A stretch of DNA of 64,000 bases from Candidatus Woesearchaeota archaeon (GCA_964513145.1 CAZELK010000003.1:1-64000); one strand, 5' to 3'; shown: positions 19,070-29,116, counted from the stretch's first letter. Notes: a model not told the origin generated them from the letters alone. Made by a program: numbers and translations.

Positions 19070-19594
19070 ATGGCAGAACAAGAATTGGAAAGAATATACA
19101 ATATTCCCTTAAGAAAAGGATCTTCATTAGCAGCCAGATATAGAAGGGCGGCAAAGGCTTCCAGGGTATTAAGAGAATTTTTACAGAGAAATATGAAATC
19201 TGAAAATATTAAAATTGGCAAATATCTAAATCAAAAAATTTTAGAAAATGGAAGGAAAAATATTCCACATCATGTTCTTGTTAAGGCTGTTAAAGATAAG
19301 GATGGTTTTGTTAAAGCAGAATTAGTCGGTGCTCCTGAACAAACTCTTGAAAAATCTTCAATAAAAGAGACAAAAATTAAAGAAACTGCAAAACCATTGC
19401 CTGAAAAATTAGATACTGAGGCAGTAAAGAAAGAAAAGGAAGAAATTGAGAAAAAGAAAATACTTGAACATCCTTCAGAGCATAAAGAAAAGGCATTGAG
19501 TGAAAAGAAGGAAGTCACGTCAGAAGTTGATGAGGAAATGCGCAAAAAAGGAATGGTAAAGAGGAAAGATAAAAAAGAAATGATCTCTAAATAA
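19070..19594 (+). CDS. rpl31e: 50S ribosomal protein L31e with long charged C-terminal extension
   Basis: ERIYNIPLR, RAAKASRVLREF, IGKYLNQKI in the first ~88 aa; K/E-rich tail. Confidence 0.92.
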   Translation: MAEQELERIYNIPLRKGSSLAARYRRAAKASRVLREFLQRNMKSENIKIGKYLNQKILENGRKNIPHHVLVKAVKDKDGFVKAELVGAPEQTLEKSSIKETKIKETAKPLPEKLDTEAVKKEKEEIEKKKILEHPSEHKEKALSEKKEVTSEVDEEMRKKGMVKRKDKKEMISK

Positions 19595-19620
19595 TGATTG
19601 CATCTTTATCAACATGCACG

Positions 19621-19660
19621 AAAAAGTTTCACCAAAAAATTAAAAAAGTTTAATCAAAAA
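19621..19660 (+). repeat. Repeat family B, tandem partial copies
   Basis: aaaaagtttcaccaaaaaa followed by aaaaaagtttaatcaaaaa. Confidence 0.6.
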
Positions 19661-19703
19661 CTGCCTAGAAAAAACTTAAAAATTCTAAATTTATATTTAT
19701 TTT

Positions 19704-20123
19704 ATGAAAAAAATTATTTTAATTCTTTTACTTACAATTATAATCTCTGGTTGTTCTAATAATATTAAACAAGTTTGTTTTGACAAAAATTGTTTTTCTG
19801 TTGAATTGGCTATATCTCCAGAAGACAGGGCTATTGGATTAATGAACAGAACTTATTTAGGTGCTAATAATGGAATGTTGTTTATGTTTGAAAATGAAGA
19901 TTACCATAGTTTCTGGATGAAAGATACTTTGATGCCCTTGGATATTATCTGGATAAATTCTGATAATAAGGTTGTTTTTATTAAAGAAAATGCAGAGATA
20001 TGCCTCAAAGAAAAATGTGAGATATTTAATCCTAATGAGAAATCCAAGTATGTTCTTGAGATTAATTCAAGTACTGTTAAAAATTTTAATATTTATATTG
20101 GGGCTGAATCTTCTTTTAAATAA
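19704..20123 (+). CDS. DUF192-family lipoprotein-like protein
   Basis: ISGC lipobox, VELA...RAIGLMNR, GMLFMF, FWMKDTLMPLDIIWI, YVLEIN. Confidence 0.88.
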   Translation: MKKIILILLLTIIISGCSNNIKQVCFDKNCFSVELAISPEDRAIGLMNRTYLGANNGMLFMFENEDYHSFWMKDTLMPLDIIWINSDNKVVFIKENAEICLKEKCEIFNPNEKSKYVLEINSSTVKNFNIYIGAESSFK

Positions 20124-20157
20124 AAACTATTTTAAATTGTATTATTGTGATATTTTT

Positions 20158-21154
20158 ATGCAAGATTTATTGCCTTTTGAAAAAATTGAAAGAGAAGTTG
20201 TAATTAGAAAGGAAGCAGAAACAAACCCTGAATTTGGTTGCAAGCCTGAAAATAGATCGGCTGAACAATTAATTCATTATGGAATCGTGAATATAAACAA
20301 ACCTGAAGGGCCCACGAGCCATCAAATCTCGGATTATGTTCAGAAGATTTTGGGGATTAATAAATCCGGACACAGCGGAACCTTAGCGAAATAATTTTCG
20401 AGGATATCCCGGTGTGACTGGTTGCTTGCCTGTTGCTTTAGATAAAGCTACAAGGATAGTTCAAACTTTATTATCTGCCGGGAAAGAATATGTGGGAATA
20501 ATGCATTTACATAAAGAAATTCCAATTAAAGAAATTGAAACTAATTTTAAAGAATTTATAGGGAAAATAATGCAGTTGCCCCCAAGAAAAAGTGCTGTTA
20601 AAAGACAAATAAGACAAAGAGAAATTTACTATTTTAATATTTTAGAAATAAATGAACAAGACATTTTGTTTAGAGTCGGATGCCAGGCAGGAACTTACAT
20701 TAGAAAACTTACCTCTGATTTCGGGAAGAGATTAAATATTGGGGCTCATATGGCTGAATTGATAAGGACAAAAGCAGGACCCTTTAAAATTGAAGATTCT
20801 TTTACTTTACATGACTTAAAAGATGCTTTCTCCTTATATAAAAGTGAAAAAAATGAAACTGATATAAGGAAAATAATATTACCTATTGAAAAAGCAGTTG
20901 ATCATTTGAATAAAATCTGGGTTAATGACAGAACTGTTAATAATTTGTGCCATGGTTCTGATTTATTTTCCCCAGGGGTTGCAAAGTTACATAAAAACAT
21001 TGACAAAAATGAATTAGTAGCTATAATGACATTAAAGAATGAATTAATTTGTTTAGGTGAAACTGAAATTAATTTTGAAAACATAATGAAGAAAGAAAAA
21101 GGATTAATTGCTAAAACCAAAAAGGTGTTTATGGAAAGAAATACATATCAATAA
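20158..21154 (+). CDS. cbf5: H/ACA pseudouridine synthase Cbf5, interrupted by a 19-nt intron (exons 20158-20386 and 20406-21154; 325 aa spliced)
   Basis: NKPEGPTSHQ, GHSGTL|DPGVTGCLP after splicing, KEYV, QLPPRKSAVKR, GTYIRKL, PUA domain; 229+749=978 nt, in frame. Confidence 0.93.
20387..20405 (+). other. BHB mRNA intron in cbf5 (19 nt)
   Basis: GGAA-CCUU-AG|C-GAAA-UAAU-UUUC-GAGG-AU|A-UCCC; excision joins G+AU to make the catalytic Asp codon and removes an in-frame TAA. Confidence 0.9.
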
Positions 21155-21165
21155 AATTTCATCTT

Positions 21166-21681
21166 CTATCTATATTTACTTAAATCCCCAGTAAAACTAT
21201 AAGACTTTTTTTTAGCATAATTTTCTGCATCCCATAAACGTAGAGGAAAATCTTCATGCCTTGAACTTAATCCATTTAAATGCAACCATCTATGATTTAT
21301 TTCATGAGGCAATGCTGAAAGAATGTTTTCCCGTGCAGGATAGCCATTTTCTTCTCTCCATGCAACTGTTATATAATCATCATCAAAAGAATAATATCCT
21401 GCAGTAACTATGCCTTCCTGTGTTTCAAAACTTCCTATTTTGTTTGGAATAGTAACAATTAAATCGTCGTGTATATTTCCCATAAAATATGAGTGAAGAT
21501 CAACAGAATATTTATCTATAATTTCTCCAAGCTCTGTATAATCATCAACTTTTATCCAGTTTGGGGGCATTACTTTGATACCAAGATTAGTTTCAAATCT
21601 ATATGGCATTTGATCATTACATCCACTAAATAACATAAGTGCTGCACATTTAAATAAAAATTCTCTTCTTGTCTTCTTCAT
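21166..21681 (-). CDS. Putative Tat-exported lipoprotein with HEXXH motif
   Basis: TRREFL twin-arginine-like motif, FSGC lipobox, LPHEINH. Confidence 0.6.
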   Translation of the reverse strand: MKKTRREFLFKCAALMLFSGCNDQMPYRFETNLGIKVMPPNWIKVDDYTELGEIIDKYSVDLHSYFMGNIHDDLIVTIPNKIGSFETQEGIVTAGYYSFDDDYITVAWREENGYPARENILSALPHEINHRWLHLNGLSSRHEDFPLRLWDAENYAKKKSYSFTGDLSKYR

Positions 21682-22045
21682 TTTTTAATGTCCCAAAATA
21701 ATTATTTCTCGTTTGGATTGTTATCTGGATAATCTTCAAGCAATTAATTTTTTATTTAAAAATAATTTTGCTGTTTTTGTATATAATTATTTATATTGTA
21801 AGAAAATGTTTATGCAAAACATACGTTATCATCATCCTCATCCAGAATGGAATTATACAATAAGTGCTAATTAATCACTTTATTTTTAGGCAAGCCCGAA
21901 GCTAATTTTTAATTCATTATAATTTGTGCAGAAATTTTGATATTTGTGCAGGTTAAGATTAAATAAAACTCTATCAAATGACTTCTCTGGCAAATCCCAA
22001 GAAATAAAAACATTTAAAAGTAGTAATATTACTATAAATAGTTAA

Positions 22046-22231
22046 ATGACTAGAAATAGTGGAATGATTAAAAGTAGTATTATTAGTAATAAAGTTACTA
22101 TGAAAATTTCTGAGGAGATATTCTTTGAATTAATGAAATTAAAGGGCGATTTCAAAGCAAAAACCTGGGATGAATTGTTTAAAAAAATAATAAAAGAGCA
22201 TGAAGAAAAAAATAAGCAAAAAATAAGATGA
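22046..22231 (+). CDS. Small putative DNA-binding (RHH/antitoxin-like) protein
   Basis: TMKISEEIFFELMKLK...TWDELFKKII pattern; overlaps the next start (ATGA). Confidence 0.5.
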   Translation: MTRNSGMIKSSIISNKVTMKISEEIFFELMKLKGDFKAKTWDELFKKIIKEHEEKNKQKIR

Positions 22232-25200
22232 ACAGAAAAAAATATTTCCGAAAATGGAAATTAAGCAAGTTTCAAAATAGATTTAAGAACAATAAAAAAC
22301 TTGCAAAAGAATTAGTTACAATTATTTTGCTTTCATTATTTTCCTTAACTTATTTTTATTTAGATCCTTCAATAACTGGTTTAGGTGCTTTGGATTCTGG
22401 AATTTTATTTGAACAAAGCAATTCTGTAATTTTAGAACAAAACATAACAAGCTTAAAAATAAGCGGATATGCTGGAGGCAATGGCGATGCAAAAGTATAT
22501 TTAGATAATTATTTAGTTATGAATATTTCTTTAGCTGAAAATCAGGAAAAGAGTTCTGAAACTTTGTTTACAATACAACCTACTTCAAAAATTACTTACT
22601 TTAATGATATTTGCATAGAAACCTGCAATAATATTATCAGTTCTTCATTATTAAAAATAGAAATAAACGGGACTTTAAAATTAGCAATAGACAAGTTTAC
22701 ATATACTTTAGCTGAAACTACTATTCAAAACACCATAGAATTTAATGAACAATTGACACAAGTTAAAGCAGAAATAAACAAACCAGTAGAATGGAAATTA
22801 AATACAAAAAACAAAACAATAGAATTGCCTTTGGAATCTGCTAATATAATAGTAGAAAAGGTAATTGAAAATAATTCGGAGGGCGGTATAGGAACCGTAG
22901 GTTCTTATAAAGAGGCTGCAAAATTAAATAATACTTTTTCAATTGCTTCTGATAAGAAAAAACTAGAAATAGATGAATTTAATGAAACTAAATTAGAAAT
23001 AACTTATTACACAAAAGCGCCATATACTATTGAAACAACCATTTTACCAAAAGCGTTGGCTGAAAATATTACAGACAATAATATTTTAACAAAAAATATT
23101 ACAATAAAATCAGATTCAGAATTACACTATGAAAATGTTTTATCTTATACTGATTTACCAGATATTCAAAAAGAACAAATTAAATTATTACATTATGCTT
23201 ATGATAACTTAACAAATAAAACTTATGAAGTAGATGTGACAAGTGACATAAATTATAATGTAACTTATTCAGATTTAAACAATAACGGATTAATAGACAG
23301 ATTATATTGGAATACTCCTCATTTATCAGAAGACAATTATTCAGTAGAAATATCATTAACAATATTAACAATACAAAGCTATCCAACAGTAGGCGGAAAC
23401 TGGACAGTCTTATTCAATACAACAGGAACAGCTAACTTAACAATAACTGCTTATAATGGAACTACTTGGTCATTAGAACCTCAGGTTCCAATACCTTCTA
23501 CTGATTTATTATTTTTAGAAATAAAATGTGGAGATAATTTACAAAATTATCAATGGACAGATAATTCAGTATTTATTCCAGATTATTCTTGCAACTACAC
23601 ATCATCAGAAATATCTAAAGTATTAACAACAGGCAAGCATACTTTGCAATTTACATTTGGAAACATAATAAAATACGGATACAATCTAGCTTCTGTTACA
23701 AATGGGACAGACCTAAATAATACAAATGCAGTTTATTTTAATACAACTTTTAATGTTTCTGGATTTATACAATTAAATGACTCTGCTGCTTTTGGTTTTG
23801 GTTCTTTTGGAAGAAATTTTAGTTTTAGGGGTAATTATACTTCAAAAATATTTGATGCAAATACAACTGCTAATTGGAGTAATTTTTCATGGGGAGAATT
23901 AGTTCCTTTTGGACAAGAATTGGTTTCCAATCCAGTATCAGGTTCAGAATTTATAGAAACTTCTTCAGCATTAAGGGGATTTAACATGACTGGGTTAGTT
24001 TTGTTAATGCATTTTAATAATTTATCAGGAGATGAAAGTTATTCTTCAACTAATGGTTCTGTAAAAGATTATTCTGGAAATAGTAATACTGGAAATGCTA
24101 CAAATAACAGTGTTTCTACTTATAGTTCTAATGAGGGAAAGTTTAATGGTGCATTTAATTTTTCTAGTCAACAATTTATTAGTATCCCACATACTAATTT
24201 ACTTGGTCTTAGAAGTGATAATAGAACTTTAACAGTTTCTACATGGATCAAATCAAGTGGTAATATATCTGGCTCATATATTTTAAGTAAACCGCGCTCT
24301 GCTTTTTCTGCTTATGCTCTTCTGGGTACTAGTATAGGTCTGATTCAATTTAGACTAGGACACCCAATTGATAGTACTAGAGGGGTTAATACGAAAAGTA
24401 TTGTTAATGATAGCCAATGGCATCATATAGTTGGTACTTATGACAATATTACTACTGGAGAATTTGATATCTATGTAGATGGAGTTAAAGAAACACAAGG
24501 AGTGGCTGACTTTAATATAAGTGATGATGGGGTTAATGCTTTGTTAATAGGCACGCATAATCTTCCTGCGCCTGATCTGGAATCATATTGGAATGGTTCA
24601 ATAGACGAAGTATCAATATGGAACAGGTCATTGTCAGCACAAGAAGTACAAGACTTATACAAAAGAGGACATTCAAATTTATCTTTACAAGTAAGAAGTT
24701 GTGATGATTCTTCCTGTTCTGGAGAATCATTTATGGGACCAGATAATACTTCTTCAAGTTATTTCACAAATGCTACTTTCAATACTTTAAATACATCAAT
24801 TACAGGAAATAACAGATATTTCCAGTATCAAGCATTATTTGAAAGAGATTTAAATAATTCAAATTTTACTCCAGAATTATATAATTTTACTGTGGGATAT
24901 GAACCTTCACCAACTATAAATCTAGTTTTCCCATTAAATAATTCATTAAATAATGCAACTGCTTTAAATTTATCTTATAATGTCTCTGCTAATAGTGGAA
25001 CTTTAGCTAACTGCACTTTATTTTTATCTGCTGTAAATAATACTGCTTTAATTAATAATCAAACTGATACAAGTATAACTGCTAATATTAATCAGACTTT
25101 TAATTTAACTTTTGTAAGGGGAGAATATAAATGGCTTGTCAGATGCACAAATACAAATAATCTAAGGGCAAATTCAACACAATTTAATTTTTCTTACGAA

Positions 25201-26100
25201 TTCGTTGCTGGTATTGATGAACCCGTTACAGAGCTGCCTAAAGAAGAAAAAGGAGTAAGCTCTTCACAGTCAGGATTTACAGAAAGTTCTTCAGTATCAT
25301 CTATATCTTTGCTTGCTTCTGGCAATTTATATAAATATAATCAATTAGCTCCTGGAATTACCACAATAAACATATTGGATACTGCTTTAAGTTTAGAATC
25401 TATTAACCTAGATGTTTCTGTTTTAATTAATAACCCATCTATAAAGATAGAGGAACTAAGCAATATTGATAATATAAATAAATTGCCTAATGTTTACAAA
25501 TATATTAATGTAGAAACTGATAATTTGTTAGATTCAGGCTTAAATAAGGTAGAATTTAACTTTAAACTTTCTAAATCTTCAGTAAATAACAAGGAGGTTT
25601 TCTTATATTTATATAGGGGAAATTGGGTTAAATTAAATACTGAAAAGGTAAAAGAAGAGGGTAATTTTGTTTACTATAGGGGTATTTCACCTCATTTAAG
25701 CTTGTTTGCAATCAGAGTATATAATCCTTCATTAGCTGAAATAATCAAAGAAAAACCAAAAGAAGCAATAAATTATTTTAAGGAAGACATGGTTAATTTT
25801 ACATTATATAATTACATAATTTTTGGATTGTTATCTTTATTATGCATATCTCTTTTTGTGTTAATTATTATTTTTTCAAAAAAATCAAAGATATTCAGAA
25901 AAATAATATATCATTTAATATTAATATTGACAATTTTTATAATAACTGGAGTATTAATAGCAAATAATTTAGAGAACTTAAAATTGGAATTCACTGAAAA
26001 AGAAATAATGTTATTTAGTTTTGCAACAATCGCAATATTGCTGGCTTTTGTTTATATCTCAATATTTTTCATAAAAAGATTAAGAAAAATTATTAAATGA
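22228..26100 (+). CDS. Large membrane-anchored surface protein with LamG and PGF-pre-PGF-like domains
   Basis: N-terminal TM, LVLLMHFN, WHHIVGTYD, IYVDG, GSIDEVSIWNRSLSAQEVQDLY (LamG), WVKLNTE...SPHLSLFAI, three C-terminal TM helices. Confidence 0.8.
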   Translation: MNRKKYFRKWKLSKFQNRFKNNKKLAKELVTIILLSLFSLTYFYLDPSITGLGALDSGILFEQSNSVILEQNITSLKISGYAGGNGDAKVYLDNYLVMNISLAENQEKSSETLFTIQPTSKITYFNDICIETCNNIISSSLLKIEINGTLKLAIDKFTYTLAETTIQNTIEFNEQLTQVKAEINKPVEWKLNTKNKTIELPLESANIIVEKVIENNSEGGIGTVGSYKEAAKLNNTFSIASDKKKLEIDEFNETKLEITYYTKAPYTIETTILPKALAENITDNNILTKNITIKSDSELHYENVLSYTDLPDIQKEQIKLLHYAYDNLTNKTYEVDVTSDINYNVTYSDLNNNGLIDRLYWNTPHLSEDNYSVEISLTILTIQSYPTVGGNWTVLFNTTGTANLTITAYNGTTWSLEPQVPIPSTDLLFLEIKCGDNLQNYQWTDNSVFIPDYSCNYTSSEISKVLTTGKHTLQFTFGNIIKYGYNLASVTNGTDLNNTNAVYFNTTFNVSGFIQLNDSAAFGFGSFGRNFSFRGNYTSKIFDANTTANWSNFSWGELVPFGQELVSNPVSGSEFIETSSALRGFNMTGLVLLMHFNNLSGDESYSSTNGSVKDYSGNSNTGNATNNSVSTYSSNEGKFNGAFNFSSQQFISIPHTNLLGLRSDNRTLTVSTWIKSSGNISGSYILSKPRSAFSAYALLGTSIGLIQFRLGHPIDSTRGVNTKSIVNDSQWHHIVGTYDNITTGEFDIYVDGVKETQGVADFNISDDGVNALLIGTHNLPAPDLESYWNGSIDEVSIWNRSLSAQEVQDLYKRGHSNLSLQVRSCDDSSCSGESFMGPDNTSSSYFTNATFNTLNTSITGNNRYFQYQALFERDLNNSNFTPELYNFTVGYEPSPTINLVFPLNNSLNNATALNLSYNVSANSGTLANCTLFLSAVNNTALINNQTDTSITANINQTFNLTFVRGEYKWLVRCTNTNNLRANSTQFNFSYEFVAGIDEPVTELPKEEKGVSSSQSGFTESSSVSSISLLASGNLYKYNQLAPGITTINILDTALSLESINLDVSVLINNPSIKIEELSNIDNINKLPNVYKYINVETDNLLDSGLNKVEFNFKLSKSSVNNKEVFLYLYRGNWVKLNTEKVKEEGNFVYYRGISPHLSLFAIRVYNPSLAEIIKEKPKEAINYFKEDMVNFTLYNYIIFGLLSLLCISLFVLIIIFSKKSKIFRKIIYHLILILTIFIITGVLIANNLENLKLEFTEKEIMLFSFATIAILLAFVYISIFFIKRLRKIIK

Positions 26101-26130
26101 GAGCGTAACATTTTTAATGAAAAGCTTGAT

Positions 26131-28137
26131 TCATTTTTTAATTTCATAAACCTGGAGATAACATTCTCTTAAATTTGTAACATTAACAAAACTTCCAAAA
26201 ACCTTTTTTATGTTATCTAGAATTATTTTTGGCTCTAATTTTTTGTCATATTTTATTTTTCCATATTCTATTTTCTCATAACAATTATGTTCTTTCAAAT
26301 TTAAATTGAATTTACTACTTAATTTAAAATTTGTTCCTTCTTTTACAAAAAAACCCTTATTTACCAAAATATTTATTATGTCATATATCTCTGAAAACTG
26401 GACTCCTGATTTTGAAAATAATTCTGCAGCACTAAATTCTTTTATATCCAGGGCTGTTTTGAAAACTTTATTTTGTGTAGGGCTTAATTGCGGCAAATTC
26501 AGATCTAATTTTATTCCATTTCCTTTTTCTGCATCTTTTACTAATTCTCCAGTATTTAGATTTATTAGCAAATGTATTTCTTCCTTTACAAAACAAGTCA
26601 AATAAGCACAAGGGATCAGAATAATTTTTATATCTTTTATTTTTTCATCCATTAATTTAAGTTCTTGCACTGTGTTCTTTTGTTTAATTAAAGGCAATAT
26701 TTCACTATTACTTTCTTCTGGCGAGTTTTCTATATTTTTATTTTCTTCTATAGGGATATGCTTTACACTTTCCAATAAGCTTATGCTTTCTCCACCATGT
26801 TTTGTTTTTCTAGGTCTAATATTAACAAACAAAGGGAGATCTACGACACCAGAAACCAAGGCAGTGCCAACAGGTATATTTCTTATTTCTTTTTCTGTTT
26901 CTGATGTTAAGCCCTCAATAGAATTACTAATTGCCTTTAAATCATTTGGATTTGTAACTTTTAAAATTATTTGCGTTGTAACTTGTGATAATGCTGACTT
27001 GTCTACACGACTAGGGCGTTGGGATATCAAACAACATCCAAGACCGAATTTTCTTCCTTCACTAAAAATCTGCCTTAAAATTCTTGAACTTTTTGCTTCA
27101 TTGAAACTTCTTTCTGGCACATAATTATGACTTTCTTCTATTACCAAGAAAAATGGTGGTATGTTTCCTTTTTTCCTTTCATTGAACAAGTCTTTTGCCA
27201 GTTTGTAAACTACGACTTCCTGAACTTCCTGATCCACACCCTTTAAATTTAGAATAGTACATTTGCCTGGCTGAACTAATTCATTTAGTGATGTAAATTC
27301 CTGAGAAAAAATACCCAATTTTTTAATATATTCTATAATGCTTATTAATGTATATTTTACATTTGACTCCTGCGACTCGAGAAAATAAATTAAAGAATCA
27401 AAGTCAATAGCATCCAAATTTTTTAATGCTGCATATAAAATTCCTTTTTGCTGATTATTTAATTTGGCAGGCAATAATTGCAATAATTCGCCAGCACTTA
27501 GATTAGTTGAACTTAATTTTAATGGCTTGCATTCAGTATTTATTGAAATGTCTGTACTATATTCCTGAATCTGTCTTAAGAAACCTTTTGGCTTTAAATT
27601 AAATTTTTCCAATTTTTCCTTATTTGAACTTGGATATTTTAGAGCATTATATTCTCCATGAGGGTCTATTATTAAAACGGGGATATTTTTTTCCATAAGC
27701 TCTTCTATTATAACTCCAGAACAGAAACTTTTTCCACTGCCTGATTTTGCCAAGATACAAATGTGCTTATTTAATAATTTGTTTAAGTCCAAATAAACAT
27801 CTATATCATAATAGCTTAATTTTCCAATATATGCACTATTTGTACTTTTTTCCAGCCCCAAAGTTTCTTTAATAAAATCTTCTTCTGCTTTTAGGACTTC
27901 TATATTAGGTTCAAATGGCGTTTTTAAAGTTTTTAATATATTATCACTATCCCTGAAACCAATAATTATGCAGATCGCAATTGTCTTTTCTATATCTTTT
28001 TCTATTTCTGTTATTTGTGACAAAACATATTTTCCTTCATGAAGAACCTGAACATACTGGAATTTTTCAGCTTTATTTTCTACCTTAAATGTAAATTCTT
28101 TTGTACTTACTTTGCCTATTATCCTTCCTAAAATCAT
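26131..28137 (-). CDS. HerA/DUF87-family ATPase with HAS barrel and C-terminal extension
   Basis: HICILAKSGSGKS, IDPHGEY, EESHNY, EGRKFGLG, SQRPSRVDK. Confidence 0.85.
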   Translation of the reverse strand: MILGRIIGKVSTKEFTFKVENKAEKFQYVQVLHEGKYVLSQITEIEKDIEKTIAICIIIGFRDSDNILKTLKTPFEPNIEVLKAEEDFIKETLGLEKSTNSAYIGKLSYYDIDVYLDLNKLLNKHICILAKSGSGKSFCSGVIIEELMEKNIPVLIIDPHGEYNALKYPSSNKEKLEKFNLKPKGFLRQIQEYSTDISINTECKPLKLSSTNLSAGELLQLLPAKLNNQQKGILYAALKNLDAIDFDSLIYFLESQESNVKYTLISIIEYIKKLGIFSQEFTSLNELVQPGKCTILNLKGVDQEVQEVVVYKLAKDLFNERKKGNIPPFFLVIEESHNYVPERSFNEAKSSRILRQIFSEGRKFGLGCCLISQRPSRVDKSALSQVTTQIILKVTNPNDLKAISNSIEGLTSETEKEIRNIPVGTALVSGVVDLPLFVNIRPRKTKHGGESISLLESVKHIPIEENKNIENSPEESNSEILPLIKQKNTVQELKLMDEKIKDIKIILIPCAYLTCFVKEEIHLLINLNTGELVKDAEKGNGIKLDLNLPQLSPTQNKVFKTALDIKEFSAAELFSKSGVQFSEIYDIINILVNKGFFVKEGTNFKLSSKFNLNLKEHNCYEKIEYGKIKYDKKLEPKIILDNIKKVFGSFVNVTNLRECYLQVYEIKK

Positions 28138-28177
28138 AGAAATGTAAAGAAAGGGGTTTATTTTTAAACTCTTCTTT

Positions 28178-29059
28178 TTAATGTGCCAATAAATAATTTA
28201 ATTTTTCCAGGCTTTCTTTTTCTATCTGCCTAACTCTTTCCCTGCTCAAGTTTACCTTGTTTCCAATTTCTTCCAGAGTCATAAGCTTATAACCATTTAA
28301 ACCAAATCGCATTTTTAAAATCTTAACGTCTCTTTCATTTAATTTTTTTAATTTGCTTTCCAAGTTTAACAACTCTGAATTTTTTGCTGCCAATTCCCCT
28401 GGACTTGTTGCTTTTTTATCTTCAAGATCTAATTTGCCGTCTTCTGAACCAAAGCTATTTATTTGCACTATATGTTTTTCACTTTCTAAAGCATGTTTAA
28501 TTATTTGTATCCTATCCTTATTGTAACCAAGTTCTTCCAAACAAGTTTCAATATCCAACACATAACCTTTGCTTTGCTTAATCTTATCAATTCCTATTTT
28601 GGCTTGGACGACATCTGATATTATATAATTTGGAATACGAATTGGTTTTCCTGTGTCTATTAAGGCTCTTGCTATTGATTGGTAAACCCACCAAGCAGCA
28701 TATGTTGAGAATTTGCAACCTTCTTCTTTTCTAAAATGATCAACTGCTTTTATTAATCCGACATTACCTTCCCCAATTAAATCCAGAAGTGACATACCCT
28801 TATTATGGAAGTTTCCAGCTATGCTAACGACAAGTCTTAAGTTGCTTTTAATTATTTTCTCTTTTGCCTTTATGTTTCCTTTTTGATATTTTTCAAACAG
28901 GTCTTTTTCTTCTTCTTTAGACAGCAATTTATATTGACAGATTTCTTTAAAATATATTTTAAGCAATTCTTCGTTTTGAGAATTTTCTGGATAGTTATAT
29001 TTTGAACTTCCTGAAATATAATTTCTTTTTCCAAAACCAAAAGGCTTTATTTTTTTCAT
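28178..29059 (-). CDS. Bacterial-type sigma-70 family factor (regions 1.2, 2, 3, 4)
   Basis: LKIYFKEI, NLRLVVSIA, DLIGEGNVGLIKAVDHF, KFSTYAAWW, IRIP, RFGL, TLEEIG...SRERVRQIEKESLEKL. Confidence 0.9.
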   Translation of the reverse strand: MKKIKPFGFGKRNYISGSSKYNYPENSQNEELLKIYFKEICQYKLLSKEEEKDLFEKYQKGNIKAKEKIIKSNLRLVVSIAGNFHNKGMSLLDLIGEGNVGLIKAVDHFRKEEGCKFSTYAAWWVYQSIARALIDTGKPIRIPNYIISDVVQAKIGIDKIKQSKGYVLDIETCLEELGYNKDRIQIIKHALESEKHIVQINSFGSEDGKLDLEDKKATSPGELAAKNSELLNLESKLKKLNERDVKILKMRFGLNGYKLMTLEEIGNKVNLSRERVRQIEKESLEKLNYLLAH

Positions 29060-29116
29060 ATTTTTTTAAAAATCTATAGGTTTATTAATGCTATTTATCT
29101 GTTTTAGTGGTTAAAA

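Noticed and set aside
19972-20394. 140-aa ORF and the 20414 GTG ORF as separate genes
   Set aside because: They are the two exons of cbf5; the segment before ATG 20158 overlaps DUF192 and is spurious
21682-22045. Long intergenic gap as RNase P/SRP RNA or tRNA
   Set aside because: Very AT-rich with no conserved motifs; only a 10-nt direct repeat (ATTTGTGCAG)
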